Notes: generated by a model not told the origin, from the letters alone. Positions 26,151-39,245 are shown, numbered from the stretch's first letter. The stretch: 53,736 nt of DNA from Octopus bimaculoides (GCF_001194135.2 NC_069005.1:27137383-27191118); one strand, 5' to 3'. Numbers and translations are program-made.

Positions 26151-27915
26151 AATAGATAAACCATATCAACAACATATAAGACTCTAGAACAAGGGAGTTT
26201 GCTTAGTGGAGGAGGATTTGAAGGCGTTAGACCTAAAATAACCTTGTCAAATGGAGATGGGAGGAATCCCTATTTCATATGATGGTTATGACTGAAGAAG
26301 CAATTGATTTCTTGAACAATAATAATGAAGATAAATGTGTGTGTGTGTGTGTTTGAAATTAAGGTTTCTTGGATTCTTTTCTACGTTTCTAACTTGGTGC
26401 ATCTGCCCAATAATTTGCAGTGAATCATCACCCTTGTGTGAATAAATAAACTGTTATGTTTATTGAGCACTATCTCCTGTTTGTAAACTTACGCATATAT
26501 ACACATACACATCAAGACATATATACACATATATCATCATCATCATTTAACATCCCCGTTATCACACACACACAAATCTCACCTGGGACAGAAATGATAT
26601 AAGAAGAATATTGTAGAGGATAAAGGTAACTATTTGTAGCAACAGAGAAATGTTAGAGTAACTGGTTGGTACCCTTCATGATAACCTGTCCTATTTGCTA
26701 CTAAAGTGCCTACTAAAGAAAAAAAGCAAATCTAGTAAGCAGGGTATAGACAGAGGGTAACAGAGATATGTCTTCCTGGGTTGACAGACACTACGCTCAT
26801 AAGAGTTGTACTAATCATTATATTAATGCATGCGTAATTAGAAGGGAAGTGGTGAACTAAAATATAAATAGCTACTGACAATTATAACCAAAACTGGAAA
26901 ATGACAACCTGAGTGAGTTACTGGGCCTGCATTAAATGATTTTGGAAGAACTTTTCATTAGTTCATAGGCACAGGCATGGCCGTGTCGTATGAAGCTTGC
27001 TTCCCAACCACATGGTTCTGGGTTCAATCCTACTGTGTGGCACCTTGGTTAAGTGTCTTCTACTACTGGAAAATGGAATTCTACTACTGGAAAATGGAAT
27101 TTGGTAGACAAAACCTGTGTAGAAGCCCACCATAGGGGTGGGGGTGTATGTGTATATAGATATGTGTGCGACTAAAAACTGGTTAATGTGTTATAGATCA
27201 AACTTAGCAATTAGATAAAATATAGAATGATGGTGGAGGTAATCAACTAAAACCCTTAAGAAAATGCTCCACACTGACCATAGTCCCCAACTGAAATCGA
27301 AAAAGAACATATTGTATGCGAGCAGCTCTTGTATTTCATTTTGAAAACTGCAGTTTGGAGTTGTATCAAGCTACAGAAACAAAATATCTTATGACAAAAC
27401 TTGTACATCTATCACTGTTTTATATCCACTTTTCTTAATAGCTTTCATAAAGGAGTTTCAAAAATTTTTACCCCTAATAACAACTGGGTTGTTGACTATT
27501 TTTCAACTCCCTTGTGATCTAAGACCATTTGAAAACTGATCCGACTAGTTTAGGTCTCAACAAAAGACTTTTTAAATGCTTACTTTAAATATACATCCTA
27601 AAGTTTAGGACAAAAATTAAAATGTTCAATGTTTACTTAAATCCATTACTTTAAACACTATATCAAAGATGCATCATGAATAACAGTCTCAAAACACTTA
27701 AAAAATAGCTCGAATTCTAGCTTCACCAAGGAGTGGTTGATGCAAATAAATAAGTTAATTGCCTAAAATGTTGTGAATAAAATGCCCTACCTCTACACAT
27801 CTATTACTACTTATCATAATCAAGCATTTTAATGTTTACAGACATTCTATGTGTATTTAGATTTTAAAATATTTTACTTTTCTAAAATCTAACAAAATAC
27901 ATACATCTATGTATG

Positions 27916-27970
<55 letters not shown>

Positions 27971-28377
27971 ATGCATATTAAATAAAAGAAAAACTAGAGT
28001 TAGCCTCAGTTGGACCTCAAACTGGCCTGAATAACAATTTAAGCTATATTGATCACCTAGTCCTAGCAAACAGCTTCAGTCCTCTGCAAACAACACCAAT
28101 TACATCTTACCTTAAGGAATAAGGCTGAAAAATCTGATTTTAAAATTTACTGTTAAGAAAATCACCTGAAAATTAATTATATTCGTATAGTCTTTAACAC
28201 AAGTTTTAATATTATTAACTTGAATAAAGTCGATTTGAGCAGGACTAAAAATATTGCTAGATTGTTAAAAAACAAAATGATTTAAAAAACATTTTATAAA
28301 TTATTAACTTAAGAAAATAATAATAATAATAATGATAATAATAATAATTAAAAAAAAAAAGACATCTNNNNNNNNNN

Positions 28378-28422
<45 letters not shown>

Positions 28423-28539
28423 TTACAAAATTCTGAAAGGGAAGCAACTACAACACCATATGACAGACAACTTACCAGTACCTCAATATTTATTCCAACT
28501 AACTAAAAAATATAGCTCCATTAAATATAAAGAAATTTA

Positions 28540-28843
28540 TGTATGAGAATTATTGCATACATATATACACACATAAATCTATATTTTACTCACATGTTTG
28601 AATACACAATATATATACACTTGCATAAATCTTTATTATACACACTCACCAACATATATTATGTACCCTCATATATATGCATTATATACACATTTATAAA
28701 AGTATATTAGACATTTGTGTATATGTGTATGTGCATACATACATATATACATACACACACATAAATACACACAAACAGATGCTCATACATACACATGCAA
28801 ATGTTTATATATACATATATATGCCCATACACACAGCTATGTA

Positions 28844-28898
<55 letters not shown>

Positions 28899-28940
28899 GC
28901 CCAGATGCATACATCTATACTCCTATACAAACACACATCC
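28540..28940. repeat. (TA)n/(CA)n compound microsatellite zone, representative of many in the window
   Basis: Pure and mixed TA/CA/GA tracts also occur near 5510, 7447, 9065, 15195, 22300-22530, 27905, 40214, 42230, 45770-45935, 46095 and 52440. Confidence 0.9.
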
Positions 28941-29001
28941 TGGATTTTCCTTATTACTGTTTTCTATGAAAGTTTAAAAAGATTTTTCCAAGCAAACCTA
29001 C

Positions 29002-29136
29002 CTAAATATTGTTTCTCCTGATCACCAGAAAGGTTAGCAGGAATAACAGTTGGCATTCCAGGAATGATGGTTTTATCTGTTTCTTCATTACCCCAACGAC
29101 TACGTTTCTTCTGTTTCCGCCTCTCAGCATTCCAAT
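29002..29136 (-). CDS. SF1: SF1 coding exon 2 (135 nt): DWNAERRKQKKRSRWGNEETDKTIIPGMPTVIPANLSGDQEKQYL
   Basis: Contains the KKRSRW U2AF-ligand motif (ULM) and IPGMPTVIP, both diagnostic of SF1. Acceptor is ctgtag|AT and donor is G|gtaggt; phase 1 at both ends. Confidence 0.95.
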   Translation of the reverse strand: MGMLRGGNRRNVVVGVMKKQIKPSFLECQLLFLLTFLVIRRNNI

Positions 29137-29722
29137 CTACAGCAAACCCAAAAGATAAGAAAACATTACAAGACCTAAAAAACAAAAGCAATGTTTAGTA
29201 TTTAGCAAACTAAATGTATACCCAAGAGGGAAACACAGATTGACCCAGAAAGGGAAGAAAACTCAACCACCCAAGTGGGGGAGGAAAGACTACTTGCCAA
29301 GCGAGGATGTGAAGGAGAGACTATCGACATAGCAAATGGGGAGATTGCACACGAATAGCTCAGACTGCTAGAAACAGCAACCCATTTTCCCCTCAACTCT
29401 CACATTACATACAAATGTTTGTGATAGTCACAGCTATGCTTCTGATTGACCATACATCTACGCGATCATTGCTGACCCAGAACTAAGCAACATCTCGTTA
29501 AAGGTGAATAAGGATCCTGAATGACTTAGGAGTGCAAGTCCAGAATAGAGATAGAAGTTGGCACAAGTTTCGAAAATTCTGAAGATTTGGCAGAGGTTTT
29601 TGTTATACTTTGAAGCTACCAGTTCCACGCCACCACCTTTTTTATGCACAGCACACTATAGCCCTGTAGCATTCAGATTACTCTGGCAAAGGTAACGCCT
29701 ATTTATTCACATTGTTTTAAAC

Positions 29723-29978
29723 CAGTGGTTCCCAAAGTGGGCGGTATTGTCCCCTTGGGGGCAGTGGAAAATTCCAAGGAGGTGTTGAAGGAAAGTGGGG
29801 CAATAATGGGATAGCAATTCATGTAAAAACAACAAAATGATGGGTCCATTAGGTTATGCTTTATTTGTGAAATACAGTTGCTTTGAATTCGCTTCAGATG
29901 GTTAGTTGGGGTGGGGGTGCTAGGAATGGGGCCTATGTGTCAAGGGGGTGGCAGCCTGAAAAAGTTTGGGAACCACTG
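29723..29978. mobile_element. hAT-type MITE inserted in an older MITE
   Basis: CAGTGGTTCCCAAA ... TTTGGGAACCACTG with TSD TTTTAAAC/TTTTAAAG. A 3'-half copy lies at about 30347-30526. Confidence 0.85.
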
Positions 29979-31953
29979 TTTTAAAGGAATCAAGCATTAT
30001 CTTGTAGTCCCAAGATTTCAATGAAATGCTGCTTATTTTTAAAATGATATAGTAGGATTATGTGTGAAAGGCTAGTTAGGACATAAAACAAGAATTTATG
30101 GAATGAATATAATAAGTTTCAATGGTAAAAGATAGAGCGGTGATGTCAAGTACAGGGCCTAGATGGTTCAATTTTATATATAAAAAATAAAAAAAATAAA
30201 AAATTTCGTGTTTGTTTTTTGTTTTTTTATTTCATTTTTTCTCTCTCCCTGTAATGCATGTGTTTGAACAGATTCTAGTGATTGAACAAATATTGAAAGG
30301 TTTTGCTGCTGTAACAGTGCAAGCTTGCTTTGTTCTCAAGGTTAGTGATTCATGTAAAAGCAACAAAATAATGGTTCATTAGGTTAATTTTTATTTGTGA
30401 AATGCAGTTGCTTCGAATTTGCTTCAGAAAGAGGTCTATGTTTGTGATGGTTAGTTGGGGTGGGGGCACTAGGAATGTGGCCTGAGTGTCAAGGGGGCAG
30501 ACCCCGAGAAAGTTTGGGAACCACTGCTTTAAATCATTGATAGATATTTTCTTTTGGTCATATAGTAGAGCTCCCCCAGAAACAGAGAATCTTAAAATGG
30601 TAACAAGAAGCAACTATTCTCATACAGTATATATGGTCTTGTAGCTAAGAAGCTATTTCACTACTTGGATCTGAATTCAGTCCCAGTATTCACAAGTTCA
30701 GGCAAGTGTTTTCCATAGCTTCAGGTCATTCAAAAGACTTTCAAGTGAAACGTTGCAAATGGAAATTGTCTACCCATCAATGGATGCCTATATGAGTCAA
30801 ATGAAAATATCTTAACAGTATTTAGTTCTGTCCTTTACACCAAAGGTTGCCTTTTGTTCCTTACAAGATTAAAAAACAAGTACCAAAGTACCAAGAGATT
30901 GATGTATTGGACTAACTCCACTGAAGACAGTTTTCCAACATAGCCACAATCAAACAACAAATCATTATCAACATTTAAAAGTCTGTTTTTCATGTTGGCA
31001 TGGGCTGGACAGCCTGACAGGTGGTCTAGTTTCTATGGCTGGATGCCCTTCTTAACACCAACCACTCCACAGAGTTTACTGGGTACTTTTTACATGGCAC
31101 CAGTAGTAAAAAGAATATGAAATATTGGAGCAAAAGTTTAAATTTAAAATTCTAAATCAACATAACTGAAAATAAATAAATGAAATTCTACTCAACCAAA
31201 TTCAAATCTTAACTTGGTAAATATTATGTATTTAACAGGTCACCAAGGTTGGTAGCTATATCTAACCCTTTCACTGCAAAATTTCATAGTTATTCCAGTA
31301 ATGATGTTAAACATCTACCAAAAAATTGAACCGGTATTTTCTGCAAGTTACATTGCCTCAATAAACTTCACAATTGCAACAGAAAATAATCTCAAACATG
31401 ATATTCTTCAACAAAAGATAGATTGGTATAAAAAAACTGCTTTCGGCATTAAATTTGGAGTAGATATTTCTGATATACACAGAAAAAAAAAGTTAAAGAT
31501 TCGATTTAATTCATTGCTTAAATAAGAGTAAAACTGCTTTGTTGAGTAATTTAGTTAACTACACCCACGAGAAGAAAGGAGTGTATATAAGACTATACAA
31601 GATTAGGAGATTAAGCTAGTAGAAGCAAGTGTTAAGGATGATATGCATGCACTATAATTTTAACACAAATTACAGTTTATAAATATCTAAATAAATATTT
31701 AGGACTTGAAATAAAACTGATTGGATGTTAAAATAACTCCAGCAATTTATCAGTCTATGCACTTTTACATAAGATTTCAGCAGGTTACTTGTAACAAATA
31801 AAAAGATCAGTTTGGGAAACATTTAATAAAAAAAAAAAGACTATAACTCCATTGAAACCTGTAGAGTGAGAAATAATCTTTAATCAATGGTATTCCAGTC
31901 ATGATTTTCCAGTCTTTTCAAATCCTTTCAAAACAATAGGGCATAATTTAAGG

Positions 31954-32190
31954 CAATGGTTCTCAACCAGGGTCTATATGATCCTTGGGGGTTCGTAAAA
32001 GATTTTGTGGTTAAAGTTTATGTGCAATAAATTGGTTATACTCCGATAATACATAAAATATTTTAACAACTCCTCATAATAATTATAAAAAGAGAAAGAC
32101 TTTTTTTAAACAAAGAATGGTTATGAGGGCCCACCTGAGTAAAACAGGAATCAAAGGGGTCCACAGGCAAAAAAGGGTTGAGAACTACTG
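31954..32190. mobile_element. hAT-type MITE with a perfect 8-bp TSD
   Basis: CAATGGTTCTCAACC ... GGTTGAGAACTACTG flanked by ATTTAAGG on both sides. Confidence 0.88.
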
Positions 32191-32912
32191 ATTTAAGGGG
32201 TTCTAGCAGATTCTAGACAAGTACAGGCTCCCTTCTTAGATCATCATCTGAAACTATTTGGCTGCAGTTCAACAGCTGATCAAGCAGGACTATTTGATTA
32301 AAAGTGTTCCACAAGAAGCCAGCATATCTTTTCTTCTTCCACTTTGATTTCAAAGCTATTTCTAGAAGGTCAAATGACTATTGTTCATCTAACTGTCTGA
32401 TATTTTAATGCATCTCCTGCTACTACATTATTAAATATATGTAATAAAGCTAAAGATAAAAAAATGGTGGTGGAATTATTTGATGGCTGTCAAGAGAGGA
32501 CAACGATGCTCGCATTGACCCTTCTCCTGCCGCAGCAATCCTCTTAATGTCGAAGGCAAGGCAATATTTCGCATTATTAACAATGCATAATAGATTTTGT
32601 TGTATATTTTTACAGCTGGATGCTCAACGTGTGGCTAACCAGTATGACTAGACCAGAAAGAGACAGTATGAACAACAAAATTGAACAAAGCCAGCAACTT
32701 ATAATAAAAATATATCAACAATTTCAAATGTAAACTTTCTTACAATTAAGATCTTATTCAATTATTTGAAAAGAAAATTACAAATATAATAAAAACAAAT
32801 TGTCTTTTTTCCAGATCTTCTACATCTTGAAAGTAGATCTCATATTAAATTAAGCATTTCAAAAGCTTTTCTAAACATTTGTGCAGAATAAGCATTATTC
32901 TGTGATTGTGTA

Positions 32913-33155
32913 TCATCATCATCATTGTTATTCAACGTCTGCTTTCCATGCTGGCATGGGTTGAACAGTTTGACCGAGGACTGGCAAGCCAGAAGGCTGC
33001 ACCAGGCTCCAATCTGATTTAGCAAGGTTTCTACAGCTGGACGTCCTTCCTAACGACAGTGGGTGCTTTTTACGTGCCACTAGCACAAGGGCCAGTCAGG
33101 ATGGTACTGGCATCAACCACACTTGAATGGTGATTCTTATACATGCCACCAGCAT
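32913..33155 (-). mobile_element. RTE 3'-tail repeat (family A), diverged
   Basis: (CAT)n-TTCAACGTCTGCTTTCCATGCTGGCATGGGTTG... Other diverged copies lie near 235-330, 8741-8850, 30970-31100, 36820-37010 (+), 37025-37150, 41690-41860 (+) and 52680-52850 (+). Confidence 0.8.
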
Positions 33156-35486
33156 GTAAATAATCAAAGATAAGCAACAACATAGGTGTCTGTAAAATAT
33201 TAATATAACAAATAAGATAATTTTGAATTTTAGAATGGAAAGAAAAAAAATTGAAAATCAAACCTTGAGAAAAAAAAAAAATGCCAGACACAGTTTTGTA
33301 AATGGGTTACAGCAAGGAAGACATTAGAAGAGGAGTGTCATTAGCAAAGGGAAATGGAGATTAAGTTACTAATAAAGTAGTTACGGAAGGAATGAGTTCC
33401 AATTAAATATTGTAAACATCTAAATAGAACAGTTTTGTGGTGTGATGATAGTAACATGGGCACCCTGAGAGGTCAAATACTAAAATGTTGAATACAACAA
33501 AACTTCTTTGAAGTTGCTTATCCATTAAGCAAAGGAACTTCTACTACCTGGTCACTCAAACTATTAGAAATAGCAGCCAAATTTTATTTAAATAAAACCC
33601 CTTCAATCTTTTGTTTTAAAAAAAAAGGACATATTGATAAAATGTGTATATCCACTATATTTGCATGCATCCCTCAAGTTGTCCTGAAAACTTCACCACA
33701 ACACTGATGTCTATGTATAACATGAAAATAGAAGGCTGCAAGGATTCAATATACAAGAAATAGGGGAGCCATCTCTCTCTCTCTCTCTCGAACATCACAA
33801 CTGCCATCTTAAAATGTGATAAATAAAAAGACAATGGATAATGTAGGTTAATATACATTATACAATGTCTAGAAAAGAAAAAGACTGAAAATGGTTGAAA
33901 CACCTTTGATCATGAATCTGCTTAAATAGCACTGACATAAATAACAACTTTAGTATCTCCACAGCTGTAATTCGTTCATTATTTATGTATGTTGAGATGA
34001 TATGAGAGTCTATTGTGCTTGATATACAACAGTAATTGCTTTTACTTCACTGATATGGCTGGTGAGATTGTAGCAGGCTATGTCACTGAATTTTCTGTCA
34101 TATTAATAAACTGTCAAAAGCAACAAGGGATCAGCTATCCATTCCTACATGCCTACACAACCTGCTAAAGGTGGTGAGGACAAAACTTCTTCAAATCAGT
34201 TTTTAAAACCACTAATCTCAAAAACAAGATGTGGAATAATAACAAGAACACCTTTGACAAGAGATCTGTACAGTCAGGGCAAACTTGGGACTAAATTACC
34301 TCAGACATTGGACAATGCAGTTCTGGATATTACAAAAGTAAGAGATAGTCAAACATGGCTAGAACACCTGGGTTCATAGGACAGTCCAAGAAGACAATTT
34401 TTACAGATGGGTTGCTTAAACATCTTATGTACCAATAACTTCTGATAGAGATGCCTTCACCAAGAGCACAACTGCTTTATAAAACATTTGAGCTGATCTG
34501 GTTAGTCCAAGGTCAGCTCAAATGGTATACATCTATGATCAAAAGCATTCCAACTGTGACCAATGCATCTTATTCAGACTATGTATCTAGTACTACATTA
34601 TTTTTCTTTTAATCATTTTGTTACCATATTTCTTTTGAAAAGCACTGACTGTTTTGATTGATTTTGAAAATAATGAAGAAGTTAATAAAATAACAAGCCA
34701 TTATTACTTTGCTATTTAGAACATAAATTAACAAGAAATTTCAATACAAGATTTTAATTTAGATAATTTTAAAACAAAAAGTTTGTCTCATGGGATCAAA
34801 GACGATTTCAAACAGGCTGGTATCAAAAGGATCAAGGCAGTAGAATGCCTTATTGGTCTCAGCACTTGACCGGTACTTTGTGTCAACAGGGAAGGTGAAA
34901 GATAAAGCTTTGAAATTAAAACATTAAAGGCTGTAACTAAATATTTCAGTATTTTTAGAGTCACAGAAGTCTAAAACATACACACACACACACACACACA
35001 CACAATGCATATAGTTTTCCAGTAGGTTTCTTTTTACTAATGATCACAAAACATGGATCTAGAAACATAGTCCACTTAGTAAAAGTTGTAAACTTGAAAC
35101 AATTGTAATATCTTGTAATAATTATCTTGTGCATGGGTGTGTATGTGGCCCAGAATTCAAGCTATCATTTAATATGTTTGTATGGAATTGTATTGGGCTA
35201 CCCTGTCTGTGTGTGTGTGTGTGTATGTGTGTGTAGTCCATGAGAGAGAGAGAGAGAGATACATAGATTCAAACTAATAAAATAACAGCATGAAAGGGAG
35301 GAAAATGTAGAAATGAATATATATGTATGTATATATAAATGTATACGCATGTCTCTTCTTTTAATAAACATATACAAACACGATATTGTGAAAATTATTC
35401 TAAATAGTTCCACTCAGATTCTCTGAACAAGTAACTCCTAGAATGTGAATGTGTGTGTGTATATACATATATATATCAAATATATA

Positions 35487-35693
35487 CAGTAATCCCCTGA
35501 CTATCGCAGATATTATGTTCCAAAACTACCCCACAAAGTAGAAACAGTACTGTACTGTATATATTTTTAAATTATTTTTATAATTTGCATATATTTATTT
35601 TATTATAAATGCAAAGCAACAGTACGGAGAAATCGATGTTAGCATAAATAATAAACCACAATAGGTGAACCACGACATGGCAAGGAATTACTG
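35487..35693. mobile_element. Tc1/mariner (pogo/Tigger-type) MITE
   Basis: TA|CAGTAATCCCC ... GGAATTACTG|TA: terminal inverted repeats with a TA TSD. Confidence 0.75.
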
Positions 35694-35725
35694 TATTACA
35701 TGTATAACATATTTATAATATATTG

Positions 35726-36378
35726 CATCATCATCATCATCATCATCGTTTAACGTCCGCTTTCCATGCTAGCATGGGTTGGACGATTTGACTGAGGACT
35801 GGTGAAACCGGATGGCAACACCAGGCTCCAGTCTGATTTGGCAGAGTTTCTACAGCTGGATGCCCTTCCTAACGCCAACCACTCAGAGAGTGTAGTGGGT
35901 GCTTTTACGTGTCTCCCGCACGAAAACGGCCACGCTCGAAATGGTGTCTTTTATGTGCCNNNNNNNNNNNNNNNNNNNNNNNNNNNNNNNNNNNNNNNNN
36001 NNNNNNNNNNNNNNNNNNNNNNNNNNNNNNNCATGTGCCACCCGCACAAGAACCAGTCCAGGGGCACTGGCAACGATCTTACTTGGCTTGCCGGGTCTTC
36101 TCACGCACAGCACATTTCCAAAGGTCTCGGTCAGTAGTCATCGCCTCGGTGAGGCCCAATGTACAAAGGTCTTGCCTCACCACCTCAGCCCAGGTCTTCC
36201 TGGGCCTACCTCTTCCACGGGTTCCCTCAACTGTTAGGGTGTGGCACTTTTTCACGCAGCTATCCTCATCCATTCTCACCACATGTCCATACCAGCGCAA
36301 TCGTCTCTCTTGCACGCCACAACTGATGCTTCTAATGTTCAGCTTTTCTCTCAAGATACTTACACTCTGACGGGTATT
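35726..36378 (-). mobile_element. 5'-truncated RTE-clade LINE: ORF C-terminus, 3' UTR and (GAT)n tail (gap inside)
   Basis: ORF 36079-36474 encodes LREKLNIRSISCGVQERRLRWYGHVVRMDEDSCVKKCHTLTVEGTRGRGRPRKTW..DRDLWK, the typical RTE C-terminus. It continues into a 3' UTR ending ...CGGACGTTAAACGATGATGATG. Confidence 0.88.
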
Positions 36379-37669
36379 CACATTACAATATATATATATG
36401 CTACCTAAATTCAAGTCATCATTACTCTTACTTCTCTTGCTTCCAATGCATATATATATCACCAGCCATCCCACAAGCTTTGCTTCTCATTCATTATATT
36501 TCACCCCTCAGCAATTCCCTAGCTCTAACTACTCTTCACTTCTATCCAGTTACATACCCTGTTCTTCTGGCCCCAGTACCTTGAGGGTCCCCCATTGACT
36601 TCCATCAACACTGTTTTTATCTCTTTCCACCTTGACCTCAGTTGCTCCCAACTACTCTTCTATGTGAGCAGCCACGTAGCTCCTCTACAGCAAGAAACCA
36701 GTTCTGTTCTGGGCCCCTTCTTTCATACCCGAACTCCTGATATCCTAGCATAAAGCCACATCTCCCTTTCTACCTTCGGCCCACTCAGTCAAAAGGGATC
36801 TTAGTCTCACAACCACATGCCAGTGTCATTAATGCTGGTGTCGTGCAATAAAGCACCCAGTAAGTACACTGTACAAGGTGGTGGGCATCAAGAAGGGCAT
36901 CCAGCTGAAGAAACAACGCCAAAGCAGACATTGAAACATGGTGCAGTCCTCAGAACCATCAGATCCTTTCAATCCATGCAACTTATGCCAGTATGGATGA
37001 TGGATGTTAAATGATGATATACAGAACTTGTGCCAGGTTCTATGTTTGCTTTAGCATGGTTTCTACAGATGGATGGCCTTCCTAATGCCATCTCCTTCAC
37101 AGAATGTACTGGGTGATTATGTGGTACCAGTACCATTGAGGTCAGCAAGAACCTGCAAGACAAGACAGCATTTTTTTTCTTATTATGAATATGACTGTTC
37201 CAGTTTTATCCTTTTATAAAGATTTTTTTTGTATTTGCCTGTAAATTGCAGTTTGTTCAGAACAATAACTTTCTTATAAACTGATCAAATTTATGTAGGT
37301 TTTACCACCTAAACTTTTCAACCATTAGTACCTACTCTACCATTGCAACCCTGATCAATACTATGCCGTCACTACTATAGATCGTGTGTATATCACATGA
37401 TAGTTGTGTCACTATCAAACAAGTTGTGCCTCTTGTTTCCAATCTTCCATACCATCAAAGTAGTAACAATTGGCTACAAGAAGGGTACTTGGCCGTAGAA
37501 AATGTGCCTCAATGAATACTGTCTGATCCATGCAAGCTTGAAAAAGTGGGCACTGTAATGTTGATAAACATATGTTTTGTGTGTGTGTATCTACTGTTAT
37601 TATTTAAATACATGTTTACTATGGACTATGCACAATGTTGTACAGTGAATTGTCATTAGCTGAAGCATA

Positions 37670-37960
37670 ATTACACTATAAGCCTAGTACTTATCCTATC
37701 AATCTCTTTTGCCAAACCACTAAGTTATGAGGACGTACACACACCATCATCGGCTGTCAATCGATGGTGGGGTGACAAACACAGACACACACACATGACG
37801 AGCTTCTGTCAGTTTCCATCTACCAAATCCACTCATATGGCTTTGGTCAGCCTGAGGCTATAGTAGAAGACACTTGCCTAAATTGCCATGCAGTGGGACT
37901 GAACCCGGAACCATGTGGTTGGTAAGCAAGCTACTTACCACACAGCCACACCTGCACCTA
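37670..37960 (-). mobile_element. Family C SINE (alternative-tail type)
   Basis: Reverse complement of the 39246-type head and body. Confidence 0.8.
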
Positions 37961-38014
37961 CATTATATATATAACATATGATCTTTATATTATATACCTA
38001 TCTATCTATCTATT

Positions 38015-38242
38015 ATCATCATCATCGTTTAACGTCCGCTTTCCATGCTAGCATGGGTTGGACGATTTGACTGAGGACTGGTGAAACCGGATGGCAACAC
38101 TAGGCTCCAATCTAATTTGGCAGAGTTTCTACAGCTGGATGCCCTTCCTAACGCCAACCACTCAGAGAGTGTAGTGGGTGCTTTTACGTGTCACCCGCAC
38201 GAAACGGCCACGCTCGAAATGGTGTCTTTTATGTGCCACCCG
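38015..38242 (-). mobile_element. RTE 3'-UTR / tail repeat (family A), near-identical to 35726-35959
   Basis: (CAT)n-CGTTTAACGTCCGCTTTCCATGCTAGCATGGGTTGGACG... on the + strand; ends at a gap. Confidence 0.9.
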
Positions 38243-39245
38243 NNNNNNNNNNNNNNNNNNNNNNNNNNNNNNNNNNNNNNNNNNNNNNNNNNNNNNNNNN
38301 NNNNNNNNNNNNNNNNNNNNNNNNNNNNNNNNNNNNNNNNNNNNNNNNNNNNNNNNNNNNNNNNNNNNNNNNNNNNNNNNNNNNNNNNNNNNNNNNNNNN
38401 NNNNNNNNNNNNNNNNNNNNNNNNNNNNNNNNNNNNNNNNNNNNNNNNNNNNNNNNNNNNNNNNNNNNNNNNNNNNNNNNNNNNNNNNNNNNNNNNNNNN
38501 NNNNNNNNNNNNNNNNNNNNNNNNNNNNNNNNNNNNNNNNNNNNNNNNNNNNNNNNNNNNNNNNNNNNNNNNNNNNNNNNNNNNNNNNNNNNNNNNNNNN
38601 NNNNNNNNNNNNNNNNNNNNNNNNNNNNNNNNNNNNNNNNNNNNNNNNNNNNNNNNNNNNNNNNNNNNNNNNNNNNNNNNNNNNNNNNNNNNNNNNNNNN
38701 NNNNNNNNNNNNNNNNNNNNNNNNNNNNNNNNNNNNNNNNNNNNNNNNNNNNNNNNNNNNNNNNNNNNNNNNNNNNNNNNNNNNNNNNNNNNNNNNNNNN
38801 NNNNNNNNNNNNNNNNNNNNNNNNNNNNNNNNNNNNNNNNNNNNNNNNNNNNNNNNNNNNNNNNNNNNNNNNNNNNNNNNNNNNNNNNNNNNNNNNNNNN
38901 NNNNNNNNNNNNNNNNNNNNNNNNNNNNNNNNNNNNNNNNNNNNNNNNNNNNNNNNNNNNNNNNNNNNNNNNNNNNNNNNNNNNNNNNNNNNNNNNNNNN
39001 NNNNNNNNNNNNNNNNNNNNNNNNNNNNNNNNNNNNNNNNNNNNNNNNNNNNNNNNNNNNNNNNNNNNNNNNNNNNNNATATATATGGTCCAAATGTAGA
39101 GAAAACAAAAGACAGGTGAGGGAACAAGCAGGTGTATTAGTTTGATGGTCAGGAAGAATGGAAAAGTCTTTGATATTTCAAGCCTACACTCTTCGACAGA
39201 AAGGGATGAAGGGAAAAAATGTGTCAAGATTATATTATATTATTA

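Noticed and set aside
29480-29520. U12-type branch-point-like TTCACCTTTAAC on the minus strand
   Set aside because: Imperfect match, only 3 nt from the next AG, and no U12 donor (RTATCCTT) seen.
33920-34480. Purine-rich segment with ORF 34149-34379; similar segments at 36400-36800, 40960-41620 and 50800-51150
   Set aside because: They look like decayed LINE pieces, but I could not recover diagnostic motifs, so they are not called.
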